Source: Tubulanus polymorphus
Taxonomy: Eukaryota > Animalia > Nemertea
Length of the DNA stretch: 64,000 nucleotides
Reading direction: 5' to 3'
NCBI RefSeq assembly: GCF_964204645.1
Contig: NC_134026.1
Location: forward strand, 25,268,150 to 25,332,149
Part shown: positions 1 to 14,755 of the stretch, one piece after another
Layout: the number at the start of each line of letters is the position of its first letter
How positions within the stretch are numbered: the first letter of the stretch is position 1
The notes under the pieces: generated by a model
Database searches by the model: none
What the model saw: the letters and a program-made list of their open reading frames with translations, nothing else
What the model was told of the DNA's origin: nothing
Position numbers and translations under genes: made by a program

Positions 1-3000
1 GTAAATAAATTTACACCAGAAAATGGAGATTCGATTATGTAAGCCGAAAGTCGATCATAATTTTTTCTATGTCTGCTCATCGTATTTGAGGAGGTTTTTC
101 AGGACGACAGGAAAGATTTTCACTTCTTTTGCACACTTTTGAATCTAATTATACGGGGAATTTGGAACAATCGATTCAATCGAGGAACAGCTTCTAAACC
201 CCTGTCTACTCCTTGTAAGATTTACGCCGTGACTACCCGAAACAGCGCCGCCCATTTCATTTCTCGCTTCTTGATTAATCACGGGAGGTCGAATAAAATT
301 TCCAGAGACATGAGAAATTCGTGTAACGCATGATGAGACAGAACAGATATGTTTCTCGTTCAATGTAGATTTCTATAAATCCTTGACTGAATGTCAAATC
401 TAATATGATTAATCCAAATAAAACTTACGATCCAATGTCTAGAGAATACACACAATTTCGTCACAATTTCTATTCATTTATAAGTTCTGTTTTTGCGCAC
501 GCATTAGAACCACCTGTTTAGACCTTGCAAGAAAGAAGTAGGAAATTCACAAGGGTAACTTGTTTTTTAGTTAATCGTTGCGACATTGAGCCTCTTTCGT
601 TGATCTCACGTCAGACGCTAACGGCAGACTGCAAATTAAACGAATATGCGATTTCCCGAATGAAATATTGCCACTTGGGAATCTCAGGTAGAAACATTAA
701 ACGTGGTATAACCGCGGCTTTGTTCCGATTATAAATGCATTATCACATAAATCTTCCACACATAGCGCAGTTAGAGTGTGATTCGTGACTATCAAGAATT
801 CTACGATCTAGTTAGCAAACTAAAAGATAAACCAATTGATATCCTTATTGGGCATGGACGCTGTTCTAGAAATTTATACTTTCGGAATTTTCTTTTAAAT
901 ATTATGTCGTGTTAACACAGCAGGTCTGATGGGTCGTCATCGTGATCGTTTGTCTTCATAAATGAAACATTAAACTATGTTGCACGTTAACTACTTGGAT
1001 TTAAATGATAATAGTCCCGGCAGAGATTAGTCGCTTACGAAGTGAATATTTAGTTTAAAAAAACAAATTGCTACGTGAAGTTCCTCTCATCAGGAATCTG
1101 TCGGGATGTTAATGCGTTTTAAAGCACGTCAGGCAGCTAGTAAAGAATGCATTAACACTTACTCTTGATAAGAGGCAATGGACAGAGAACATCGGTATCG
1201 GCATTCTTTGGGCATTCCCCTCGATGTAATTAGATTTAGCTCAGAGCCACGAGGGAAAATTAAGAAGCGTTAATTGCCTGGCGGCAGACTTTTTGGCACG
1301 AAGTTCCCGTCACGCGTCTTCTGTACCTCAAACGAGAGAAATGTCTTTGAAAGGGACTTCTCCTTAGATGTACTAGAAAAATAGCCCCGAAATGACGCAA
1401 CACTTTGTGCTAACACGGGATAATTGAGTCGTAGCGTAGTATAGTAGTGATTGGCTTAAAGAATCACAGATGTAGTATAGCTTTAAAGGAAGCGTCATGG
1501 ATATAGGACCAAGAAATCTAATCCTGATCGCTTATTGAATGCATGAAAAATAGCATATATTGCTTGATATTGTCGACAATGAATAACTACGGGGGCGTCT
1601 TAGGGACATGATTCGAAATTTTTTTAAACCATTCTGTCTGCGATTTTGTCTTCCTCCTGGATTCATCATTTTTCGAAACGGTTTTTCTGCGATTTTATTT
1701 TTGATAACGATTTTATCGTGTGAGCCCTTACCAATGCGCATTAAGAAAGAAATGACCATTTTCAATTTTTGTTCTTATTCGTGTCTATGAAAAAAAAGAA
1801 TTCAATTGAGCTCATCGTTTTTGACTTCCAAATGTGTATAGATTAAGTATGAAATGTCACGGAAGAATTGACGATAAAATTGTATTTGATTAATTTGTTC
1901 ATACAAAAATTTCGATAATTTTCGTTTCGAAATATCGAATTAAGGCGCCACTAGTTGAGGATAAAAATACACATATATATAGGTCACCAAGACTGAAAGA
2001 CAAAAGTGAGTTGTCATATCATATTATCATGTCGTCTCTCTGGAAGTTTACACATTTAAACTAATGTAATTACTGAGCAGTATTGGGAGATACATTTATG
2101 GCATAGCTGTGGTAAGGCTAATTCCTCTGGTAGGAGATAAGTATTAAGGCAAACAGTCGTCTTTATGGTAGGGAATAATTCAATACTTGATGTGAAGACG
2201 TTCTATGAAGTGATACGAGTCCAAATCTCTCTGACAGCAAATCCCTACTGATGACACTCAAGTGTTTCAAACCCCCAAGGTTGTCCAATCATAAATCCGA
2301 CATAACGCTTATTTCAGCCAACGCAGGATTTCGTATTATAAGTGTTACAACTTGTAACTGAAATACCATAAGCATTCCTAGAATTTGCCTTATTGTCTAT
2401 ATATACATTATAGATATTGATACACACATTAAAAAATCGAAGCGTACCCTGGAAACATATTTTTATCTGTGTTCGATGAATAGACAATTAGTCGTTTTGA
2501 TTTTCTTTCGTTCGATGCGCCATGCGAATACATCCACTATATTATTAACCGTTATTTCATGTGCGAGGTGCACACTTCAAACTGGGCGAACTGACAAGTA
2601 ATTCCAGCTGACAGCGCTGAGATATATTGGGAATATTCAATCGAACGATTGACAACTGAAAAGATTGCTTTAATAATAATAATCCAGACCTAGGCAACAA
2701 GGCGCATAAATGTGGCAGCGGGAAAGATGCGTGTGAAAATCGTACTTCGTTCGTAATAATAAGATTAAGCAAATGTGGGACACGGTATAGAACATCACGC
2801 CGATCCGAGGTTGCCCGAGACCAAACGTTGGTGTAAGATTATCAAAAAAAGATCCTTTGATCTATGCGATGATAATATTTCTTTCGTTAGGGACGACATT
2901 TCCGTTGCGTGTAATTTGAGTAATGGTTCAGCGGTAATGTGGCATTGATTTAAAGCTTAGAGTATACTTTGCGAGTTTTAAGTTGAAAACGTATTTTGAC

Positions 3001-3370
3001 ACTAATGATGACGAGTCGTATCAAACTGCAATTTATTTTACTTGTAAGATCGATGGCATGCAATGTTTAAAATCGACAGTTATTTAAAAACAGTTTAAAT
3101 ACCTCGTGTTTTTTTTTGTCATGAGTAGACAATTCACCAATTTCCAGGTTTCCTCGTTTTTAAGATAAGCCTTATATCGGCTTAAAACGAGTCTTCTACG
3201 AATCTTTAACAAACCTCGTTTTATTTCACCATAAAGATAATATTCTCAACTACGCCGTTCAGAGTTGATATAAGCTTTGAAAAATAGCGGAAGTAATCTT
3301 ACAAAGAAATACTGATAAAGCAATTGGAAAGATAATTTGTTTTCAAAGTTCATTTCACTTTTTGTTTCAG

Positions 3371-3945
3371 ACGTTAGGATGATTCGTAATCGACTTAGCA
3401 CACAACTTGGAAGACTCGAAAGGGAGACTTGTTAAGTAATTCAAGCTGCAACAAAGTTCCCGAGTGAGGCTGGATGTCGGCAGACGAGCCGTTGAACAAT
3501 TATCGAACGAGCAGCGCCACGACGCGCATTCTGCTCTGGAACGTTTCCATTGGCGAAATCTCATTCCGTTTCGAACAGTCCAGCCAGAGCATCGTCAAAC
3601 AAGTAGTCAAGATTCTAATGTCGAGGCAACCAAACAACTTCGAGGATAAAAACGAAGTCGCATCGGAACAAACTGATAAGAATCTTCTTCGGCGGTAATT
3701 ATTTCAAGTCGAACGCAGAATTATCAGGCGATATCGAATATACGCTTGTTATTTTCTCGTAGGAGGTAAAACTGTGATTTTCTCCTATAAAGTAATCAGC
3801 GCTCAATTACGCTTATCTTCAACGCGTAGTCTGAAAGGAAAGTTTACATCTCACGCGGTCAGATACGTTCTAAGTTTGAAGAGGGAAACGCAGATATAAG
3901 GCAATGGTCCAGTGACTATCCAGATGTGTTTCAAAGTAATATCAG
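3371..3945 (+). other. Candidate non-coding 5'UTR exon of the downstream GPCR
   Basis: Segment bounded by a good acceptor (ttttgtttcag|) and donor (cag|gtatgt), with no long ORF. The GPCR coding exon has an acceptor (tacttccag|) at 21871. The linkage is inference only. Confidence 0.3.
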
Positions 3946-6900
3946 GTATGTTTATCGGTGTTTATCATCGTTTATCATCGTGTACACTCACCTCCGCGTT
4001 AAACCAGGTAAAATGCACTCAAGACTGAGGAGAGTGGTCATCGTATAGCACGATTATAAAGGTTATTCTATTTTCACTGCTTCGAAATATTTTGATTGAT
4101 TAACTAGGGCTTTTTTAAGTTAACTGTAAGTTTTGATCTAAGATTAAATGTATACCGGGATGGTCAACAGATAAGTTTGAATTTTTTTCTTGTGTCTTAA
4201 AAGGCGAAAATATATCATACACCCGATTACGTAGCAGGAAATTTAATTCAATTCTCAACGCCGTACGCCACAAGGGAAAAGGATTTAAACGAGAATGCTT
4301 GGAAGAGATTAGTTTTATATCGACTCGCAAATGAAATGAGACGTGTACCACGCCTTAGGATATCATGATCTAAATTTTCACATCATACGAAAACTTTTCA
4401 CTTGTAGACGTAAAACTTCATTGTAGATTTGATTACTGCAATCGTATATAATACATAATGTCTGTATTCCATGTGAACAAACATTTCAGAACTCATATCA
4501 TCGTTGGCTTTTTATCAAGTTTGTACAAAATAGTTCAGATATAATCATATTTATTCCAGGTAATATCTAGAAAACAATAAGAATACTATGTTTACTGTTT
4601 TTATCACGTATTTGCGACATTTATCGAGTTTTTACGACAATTTTCATTCAATGTCAAGCGTGTTGACACAACACTGGATTACTGGTCGAAGATGATAATA
4701 ATTTTTTCAACTTAGACATTTCATCTATCATTTGTGTAGCTAACGTAAAAATGCATTGATTCGTTTTTACTCTTGGGTGGCAGGGAAGTAATGGATATAC
4801 TCTGCACTACGATATCGATATTCGAGCCTAGGGAATGACTTATCTCACGCTGATCCCTGAGATCATTGATGCAAGAGTCCTTTCCATAGAATAATTAGAC
4901 TGGAAACATCTTCTTTGACATTGCGAATCTATATCATTTATGACGTTGAGTCTGTACAGAATCTAATGTCCCTTAAACGTTTGAACCTTGATATATCCTG
5001 ACAGACAATGCGGTTTCACGTTTGTATCGTCGTATCTAGGAAATTAAATATGGTTACCTATCGATAAGTCGATCGGAATAGGCATTATCTACTCCAGTTG
5101 CCAGTAGTATTACCCACTAGCCTACACAGAACATAATGGTTTTGTCATATCGCTAGCAGATAGTGGAAATGATTCTGCAAGGTTCGGCTCCTTTGAGCTG
5201 ACAATTTTCACTAGTAGCGCGCGTAGCCTCGAGTGCTTGCGAAAGTTCGAATACTATCTTTATTTGCTTACACGTGACGTTTCCTTTATTATTGGTTTTA
5301 GAGAGGTTTTACCATTCAGCAACAAATCCACCAAGTTCTGGGATGTGAAAGGTACCTGACATTTAAAATCGTGACTGTTGTATTTTCAAATCGATCAATT
5401 TCTATTTTGCGCTGCATTTTGTAATCTGTTTTGTAAATCTATTGTTCTCTATACTGTATAAATAGCTTGAGGCAATCTTCGATTACACTTTGCTTCGAAT
5501 TGGTATTTAAGAACGTTTCATTTTTAGGTGTTGTTCTTAAGTTAATTGTCGAATATCCTCGGCCGATGCCGGGACAGTATAATGTTAGAGCATGATTCTA
5601 AAACGCTTTAGAGTGCATGATAAGAGAGATCTGAAAACCTCAGTGGTACCGGTGTAAATAAGACAAGAAATTCTCTTAGTTCATTACACCATCAACTCGA
5701 CATTTGGTACAGCCTAATAGCAACTCAACGCGGTGTCGAGTACTCCTATTAAAAGGAGAAGAGATCAATTAAGCTTAGATGTCACTAGCCATTAAAATCA
5801 CCTTCCCTATCACCTGCGCTGAGATTGAATCTAAGGCATTAAAGGTCCACGTATCTTCCGTTTGAATTGATAGTTCGAAGTGGATACCTTAAGTAGAAGA
5901 TATACTTGCAAATCCAATAGAGCACATCTATGGTAAAAATCAGTAAGAAGAAAAATCACAAAAAGGAACCGTGGATCTTAATGGGGTTATCAATTTAATG
6001 TCCGTACCGATAGAGCCATTTAAGCTGTGTCCTTTGCGGCAGAAGAACTGTGAATCGCTACGAGAATGTATATCAGCAACAGAAAAATGATATATGGAGA
6101 AGTCTAGTCTTCCTAATAGGGTCGTAATTATAGCGATATATCGAGTGGTCTGGGTAAACAGCTTAGTTTCGGTTGTCGAAAAGTATGAGAAATATGGTTT
6201 CTACAGCATATCATTCGATGAAAGGGAATACCCGATGATATTAGTGACGATATTCAGAGGCGGTATAAATCCCAGTTGCTTCGTTCATCACGACAAGGGT
6301 GCGCGCTAAATTACTTGGGCTTATATAAATATTACTTAATATATGACGGTATTCGGTGCAAGCTGCGACCATGGTGCTTAGAGTTGACCAAAGATATTAA
6401 ATCACAGTAAATGTTAACTTGATAGGATGTCCCTGCAACATCTGCTTCATTCACCACCTAAATTATTGGTACTCTTTTGTCTCACATCTGTGAAAAGCAG
6501 CATTGTTTCAAATGCATTTTATATCTTATACTGTCAAGTGTCACCTGGCTCGTAAATAAAGTATAATCTTTCCCATTCCCCATATATCACATCCTTACAA
6601 ATAATCATATTTATCGCCGTATTTTTCACTTTTATCGTGATGTTTATGGCATAATCATCTGCAAATCTCGGATTTCTAGAGGCGGTCATGTTGGTAGGAA
6701 TATTTGCCAGCGATATAAAAGCCGCATAGTTCATTCAAATTAATAGGCGAGTGATTGTATAGACGAAGACATGTATGTAATGAGATGAATTTCCTTTGCA
6801 ATCTTGGCAGCTACATTACACGTTGTTTCGTCATGGAGCCGGATGGCAGCTAAAGAAATTGAAACCAGAAATCAGGAGCAGTCGGACAGTCATGTAGAGT

Positions 6901-9900
6901 TAAATGACAAATTACCAATTACATTTTTTTCGGGAAGCTTTATCTAGTCGTTCCTCTTTAAAAGAAAAGACATCTGTCTGTTCTCAGACTATTGATTATC
7001 TTATTATATCTTATTCCTATTCGTTATATAGCCCAATTTTATTACCTTTCGTAAATCATGTGAGGTGAAATAACGTGTAGGTGTTCTATCATGTCTGAGA
7101 AAAGACAAGAAAATAGCTAAGAAAATAATTACATTGCTGTAAGGAATTCCTCTCAGTTAGTCATTTCATTTTACCGCAAAATTACGCATTCGGATGATAA
7201 AAGTTCTCCTTTACTTTTAATGACAACATATTTCTCATCATGTGTTCGGGTGAGACAAAAACGGGCCTTTGTGATTGGTAATATCACATCTCAGAATGTC
7301 AATAAAGGACGCAAATCTAAGGCTGTTGAATGTAATAGGAAATAATGTGCAACACACCACGTCGTCAGTAATCTGTTTACATTTGAAACTATCGGATTCA
7401 AAATATAGAAGAGTTCGATACTGATGAAAGAATGATGACGAAAGGTTCTCTTAAATGCAGTGAGAAGTCAACCTTATTACGCGATGGGTGTTTCTTCGGT
7501 TTGTGACGACTTAGATTATTGGGACAGCGATGATGCGCGCTAAAGGTTTCACCGCAGTGCCCCCGGAAATGACGCGCCAATTTGTGTCGTGATCATCGAG
7601 TTTCAGTTCAAGAAGGTATGAAAAAGCTTTGTTTATTATAGCTGACAAGAAATTGAATAACTGCTTTTTCAACCGAGAGACAAATTCTTCTAAAAATATA
7701 ATCGAAACCATTCCATTATGTATAATTGAAATGAAAAAAAAACACTACCAAAGTTTCAAGAGAAATTGAGGGTGTATTGATCCGTCGAGATGATGACGTT
7801 GTAGTTGTTCAGATAAAATGAAAACAGAAAGGTTTGCCCAACAGCTCATCAGTGTTAATTATTGACCTGAGGGGAATTTGCCGTTGCGAATAAGTAAATT
7901 GTCGTTTGTTGTTTCTTTTTTCAGGAAGCTTGTGACATACTAAAAATAAACGAATATACTTAGTACGCAAGTAAACAATAGCTATATGCATATTTCAGTT
8001 ATTCCACGTCCTCCAAAATGTTCTTTTGAACATGTTATCGTATAGCAGGTGTATATACTTATCTATCGACGGTTTATAACTTTCCTTTCGTAATTGATAT
8101 TCGATGTTCTTACTGCACCACGGAATAAAAATGTCATGGCTGGCGTCATTAACGTGTGTGAGTCTTTCCACAGCCCCGGTGCAGTTTACCTCTGATTTGA
8201 TTTACATTTGTAAATTCGTAATTAAATCCCTCTCATTCCGTTTGATTTATCGTCGAAATTGCAACATCTCATCAACGATCACTGGAGAAATGCCGCAATG
8301 AACATCGTTGTCGTGTGTTTGGCGATCAGTTTATCTTGATAGCGAAGTTTGCGTCTAAAATATAACGTACTTACAAGATTCCCGATTGCGGTGGATCGGG
8401 TGTGTTAAATGTGTTAAGTTTGTAAGGTTGAAGTTTACGCAGCAGGTAGTTAATTTAAAATAGCGTTCATAAATCACTGTTCGGTTGTTTGTACGGGGTG
8501 CGCATGGCTATCGTTAACTGCATGGAATGGCTTCAGATTCAGAGCAGATCGTTAATCATGAAATTTCAATAGTTTACGCATCGGTGCGGTCCGTCGAACC
8601 ATTTCAATACGTATTGAAAGATTGAGCACTGCACCTGAACCATCCTCACAAACTTAGCTTCGACATCTTTTCACAAAACGACACATCTCCAGCCTGTATC
8701 CCCAGTCGATTTCACGTTTGACTTTCTACGGAAAAACAATCGATCAGCCGTAACAAATGGTTCGCTTCCAGTAGATCACCGGCTGTCGACGAAACGAGTT
8801 CTGTGGTATCGGTATCTTGATTCAATCGTTTCACCTCATCTTCTAGCGATTTTTAGATTGACACATGATTGGTTCTCAGACACGCCGGAGAGTCGGTTTA
8901 AGTCTTCTGACGCTAAAATGCGCGGGAAAGAAAAGTTTCGCGAATTCCGCCCGCCTACACACGAAATCAGTCGTGGTGTAACACGCTTACTGTGATCTCA
9001 CTGCATCTTTAATGAAGGAAATTGAAACCGATTTAGATGTTTGATTCTGTGGCAGGTGCTAAAAAGCCGTAGATCTACCTGCATGAGATGATTGAAGTAA
9101 ATATATCCTGAAGCGTATATGAAAATATTACGTTCTAACCTAGATGACTGCAGTTGTTGAAATTAGTATCAAAATGTCTCGACTGTTTAATGCCATTAGA
9201 TAAAGTTTCAATACTTAATGGTTAAACTGATCTGGAATGAAATTTTCCCATCACCGAGCGTGACAGAAACAATGTGTGTGCGTATGTTTACATTTTGTGC
9301 TTTTATTGCCGGTCTACAATCGTGGATTATTTGATCCAACTCACTAATGATGTGCAAATTTGTCTGATGGAGCAATTTAACTGGATCGAACGGTAACGCA
9401 GTTGGCACATTGGTTTTTCTAGTTTGATTTCGAATTTCGTTGAAACCCAATTGGAGTATTAAAATACCGGAGCCTATAAATACTTCAATTGGGTATCGGT
9501 ATATCATTCGGTTTGTAACATAATAGAAGCCAATTTGTCAGCGGTCTGAATTACGAGGCTATGTACGAAATGATGTATTGATGGCTTATCAGAGCGCACG
9601 ATATAATAAATGATCCGTTTAAATACGCTCACTCTGAATTGAAGTCAACTTCACTGGTGCCGGTGAGATTCGCTTCTGAAATGGAGTCCGTTTTCGCCTG
9701 TCATTCGTAATTCCATAAGTATCAGTATTCAGTAACCATTTCACGTGGAGGGGATTTCTTGATGAAGAATTGGAAACTGTACTACGAATAGAAGCTGTTT
9801 ATCCACGATAGCTGGGGTAAACGAGTGAGGAATATACGATGGATTAGAAAAAAGGGATCAAACTCAAAGTCAAAGAGTACATAAGACTACAAAAAGCTAT

Positions 9901-10361
9901 AATCACAGTAAGATGCCTTTGCTATTTTAGATTTGGCTTTCGCATTTTTCCCGTAAGGCTTTTCTTTAATGCTAGACTGCTAATTCCAGCCTTCATGAGT
10001 TGAAGACACTTTGTGCCGTGAGATTACAATCTCAATGTTCTTTTCCTTTCGTCGACAAACTCTCCTAAATGCATCGCTTGCGTGCATTTTGACATCGGGT
10101 GATGAACGTCTACTCGTCGTGCAAGACTTTGATCTCCAGTTGAGCAAGGATGCATTGGATTTGCACCGGTTACAAAGCGAATTTATCTCGACTTAGAAAC
10201 AAATTCCCGAATCTGGTGAAGCCGATAATGGCGTGGAAATATATCAATTTGATTTTCTTAGCCAATGAAACGAACAAGACGCACACATTTATATCACCTT
10301 TACGTAATTTTGTACCCGCAAAATGTTGTATGTCTGTCTCATATTGGTCTAAAGTTCCCAT

Positions 10362-10532
10362 CTAAGACGGCCGACTGGTGGCCATCTTGGATTTTGTGTG
10401 AATAACTCCTTGGTTTCTCGTTGCATTTTGACGATACTCCATTGTTACTGATGGTATTGGTATATAGTTGTGCACTCGTGATTCGTTTTTGCGATCGGGA
10501 CTAAGATGGCCGACTGGTGGCCATCTTGAATA
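10362..10532. repeat. Degenerate repeat/DNA-transposon fragment with two copies of ctaagaYggccgactggtggccatcttg
   Basis: Direct ~28-bp repeats at ~10362 and ~10501, each internally palindromic (aagatggcc...ggccatctt). Confidence 0.5.
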
Positions 10533-11401
10533 TTATCTGACGGACTTCTCCATGCTCATATTTTGATGTAGTTTCACAGAGTTGTTTGTTTGGTTGTGTA
10601 GTAATGTGCCTGTGAATGAATTGATATTTTGAAAAAAAAACGTAACGTAAGTCAAGATATAGACTGAATGGTATAGTCGTATTCAGCAAAACATACTTAA
10701 TTGATGCGTTTAGGTTTCGGTTGATACTAATCCGATATTTGATAACTAAATAAGACTTTTCATCATGATATTTATCATAGGGAAAGGATCTATCTACAAG
10801 TAAAGTCATTTTAACTATCCATACGCGGTTTTTTCATTAGATACTTTTAGGCGGTTTCGGTACAAAATGAAGGGTTTTAAAAAATTGTTCATGTGAGTGG
10901 GCATTGTATAGCTGCATTCCCAGTGGGAAAATATTCATAACAAACATATCATTATACCTGATATTTCCATTTAACTTAGTCTCTTAACCTCAGATGTTAT
11001 TACAAGTACAATCCCTGGTTAAGTATTATCGTAAGCCAATGGTTTGGTTCTCTTTGTGATGTATATTGAACCTGTATGAGTCAGGGTTAACATCATACCG
11101 GTAAGCAGATTCTGCAAAACTGAAAAAAGTCTCCGTCATATTTATGTATCATTTTACTGCTGTTTTAACCACGGAGACAAATGTACGCGAATGTTAAGAT
11201 TAATCAGTGGAGATCCTCTCGATTATGTTCGAGTTTGTAGGATAGAATTACTGATAGATAACAATACGAACACGATGGTTAAAAAGGAAATGCCAAAAGT
11301 AAGAATATTGCAACGGTGCGGATCCAATCATTATTCGGGCACAAAATATTTTCCTTTTCAGGTCGGATTGAGTATTGAATTAACATCAGTTGAACAGAAA
11401 T

Positions 11402-11546
<145 letters not shown>

Positions 11547-14433
11547 CCGGTGCATGAAACAAAATGGTTGGGTGATATATGTGTCAAAAGCTTTGGGGCT
11601 TGCATTCCGTGAACTTGGTAATGATGAGACTTCGTGTGATATACGCAATCATATCACATATATAGTTGTTACTGAGATCAGCCCCGAGATATGTATCATC
11701 ATTTGACACCGAACTGTGACATTGTTCCATTATATTAGACTTGCTTCACGTCTGCCCTTTTCATTCGTTGTTAAGTCATTGGAGCCGACATGAATAAAAG
11801 GTCAACACCATCGCAGCATACATTGGTTCAACAGTGAAAAAGAAATCTAAGAACAGCAATTAGTGATGACCCCTTGGTGCGCGTCCTACCACGGAAACAT
11901 ATATTCGATGATCATTTTAATATCGGAGCCGGTATTCTAGAGTAATTCGGACAGACTAACATAATCCAAGAAGAATAGTTACCACCTGGTACGTACCATT
12001 AACCAAGTGGTTGGTACCGAACTGACCGTTCAAGTACCGCTTCACCAGTCCCACCGAGATTGTTTATTTCTGCTTTCGCACTTGAACCTTGGAAAGAGAG
12101 TATTTTGCCGATCGTGTTTTCTGATTATACCCTTGTTAGTTTGCGTTCGTCAGTTGTAGGGAGACTAGAAATACCAACTACCCGTCACTCATCCATTAAC
12201 GATATCGAGTTTGCCGAGGAATCTCGTGCGAGAAGTTCTTCCCGCAATGTGTATCGTAAAGATAGTAATTTTTTTAGTTGAGATCACACCAGCTCACTGG
12301 CTCGATTAGATGAAAAGGCTTCGGATATACCATTCTTCTCGCGACTTTCTTGCAGCGTGATGAAAATATCCTGTCATCCGAGAACGTGTCGCAGAGCACG
12401 CTTGACTTGAATATACCTTCTTTTTCACATCAAGAAAATTAACTGCATACTATAACATAACAACCCGCTCGGATGGAGCCAAGAATCATTTTACAACTCG
12501 ATAATGGTCATGTCTTATTATCTGTAATTACAACTGAGAAAATTTTTAAAAATACCATCAATCGATCAGTGACCTTTTCTATAAATGTTACAAAATTCAG
12601 TTATGAAAGATGAATTCTCCCGTGCACCTCACTCGTACAGGAGTGTCACTTTATAACTTGATGACTAAAACGTCTACGACATCAGAATGCTTTTATCTAA
12701 CGCAAGAGCTGTAGATGTCCGAGAAATAAGTCCATCCGCAAATAATGTTTATCAAACAATCATCTTAGAATGCGAAAAAAAGATTCTCCTACTGCCACCA
12801 GTCACCTCGAATAGAACAGTGCCCTTGTCAAACGTTACGTTTTATACATACCTAAACCATCGTATTTTGAAAGCCTTCTCGCGACTAATGATGACAAAAA
12901 TGATAAATATTTACAGAAATTTGTGATGATTGTCTGAATTGATGTTTACTATTTCAATTTGAAGTTCCTGTTTGATGGCGTACTGTGGTAAATCGATGAA
13001 CGCACCTATTCACTTTTACCATTTGTTGATACCTGTTACACGTGAAGGTCCGTATTCGATGCTCTAATTAGGCAATAAATTTGCGCAATGTTTCTTTCTC
13101 ATTCATTTCCCGCTCGGTGTACAACATATAGTCAGAAATGTTTTAAGAGATCGATAAAGAGATCGATATCGCGACTCGGAGAATACGGATTAATTACTAA
13201 GTTCTGCTATATCGATTCAGTTAGAGAAGACTGAAAAATTTTTTTGCTAACAAACCCTTAGAACTTAATAACCCATATTCGCCTTACAGCATAATGAAAT
13301 ATTAGACCGTTTGACTAGATAACGATTGGATATCTATACCCAATACACTAAAAAAGGGTCCCATCACTGAGCCAGGAATTTGTCCTTTACGTGTACTTTT
13401 TACTATTTCTACTTAACGAAAAGCGGGATGTTCGCGCTCACAGATTCTTCGATTATCTTTTGAACATCAACGCATAAAGCGTTGATGCTTTTCTTCTGAT
13501 GCACGGTGGAAACTGATGAACGTATCTCTGGCTTTAATTCCACGAAATAACGTTTAAAAACAGTTGTTGTTGCAACGCGGCTGTCGTGAATTAAAATTCA
13601 AGAACTACTCGTTAGATATGCCTGAAGATACGTTTTCCTTGCGGTTTTTATCGGTAGATTTACCACGATGTAAACCCTACAAATGCAACACTTTTATCGT
13701 CTTCTCAGTAGTTAACAATTCCAGTTTCAAAGTTTGCAATAGTTCAATAGCAATGTGATTTACGGATTCATATACGTACATTCCTTCCTATAGAAGTTTT
13801 GAAGTTTAATTTGAATTTTTACTTATGTGTCGGCTTTTGTCAAATTCATCAATCTAGATAAATTTTCCTCAGCCAATTGCTACAAATATCAAATAAATCA
13901 TTCATTATTGCTTTCTGAAATTTGAACGGCGACATTTCGCACTATTTCACTACACTTTCATTAATTAATATATTTGTACAATTCTATATCGATTCGGGAA
14001 AACACACCATAAATTACGCACGAGAAACTGTCATCAACGAAGATAATGTTTGTCTACATTCTTTAGTAGTCGCTAGCGTAAAGAATATTGGAGCGAGCTT
14101 GGAATGAGGGATACTTTGGAATTTAACGATAAGTGTAAATTTTCTTGTTCGAAAGTTTTATCGCGATTTAACGACCGCGCAATAATTCACGAATGTTGCA
14201 CGTTGGGGTTCTTAGATCATACAAAAACTCAATTTAAAGCACGTTCAGCGTTAAGTCAAAGATATTTCGAGTCAGACGAAATTCTCAATTCTTCAAGGCT
14301 AAAGAAAAATGATACCTGTTTCTCCTCCTAATCGGCCGGGTCACTTTTGTAAGGAAATTTGTAATCAGTTCATTTCTGTGGCTTCCGGGTCTGTTATGGT
14401 TAGCATGTTCGTTAAATGTAAATGTTTGTTAAA

Positions 14434-14665
14434 AGCCGCGATCACACGAGCATTTTTGGCCCGGGCCAAAAACGTCGGACCAGGCCCGAGCCAAATTTTA
14501 GCACCAGACCAATGATTGCGTTTGAATTGCAACTGGCACCGGAAATGATCCACTTCGCTTTATTTAAGCATCGTTTGGTATCGAGTGAATGGTTTGCGTG
14601 TGAACGCGCCCTCTAATTAGGGCCAAATTTGGCCCGGGCCAAATCGTGTCCGTGTGATCGCGGCT
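14434..14665. mobile_element. MITE, PIF/Harbinger-like
   Basis: Perfect 15-bp TIR agccgcgatcacacg / cgtgtgatcgcggct, with internal tggcccgggccaaa palindromes at both ends. No clean TSD, so the superfamily is tentative. Confidence 0.7.
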
Positions 14666-14673
14666 GTAATGTA

Positions 14674-14755
14674 CGGGGTAAACAGGCGGTCGGTCGGGTC
14701 AACTTTTAAGCTCAGCAAAAAGGACAGACGAGTTACCTTTTTTTCTAGCCTATAC
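14674..14755 (-). mobile_element. Fragment of the MITE family seen at 50761-50984
   Basis: ggggtaaacaggcggtcggtcgggtcaacttttaagctcagca matches the reverse complement of 50795-50837 (tgctgagcttagaagttgacccggccggccgcctatctaccc). Confidence 0.55.
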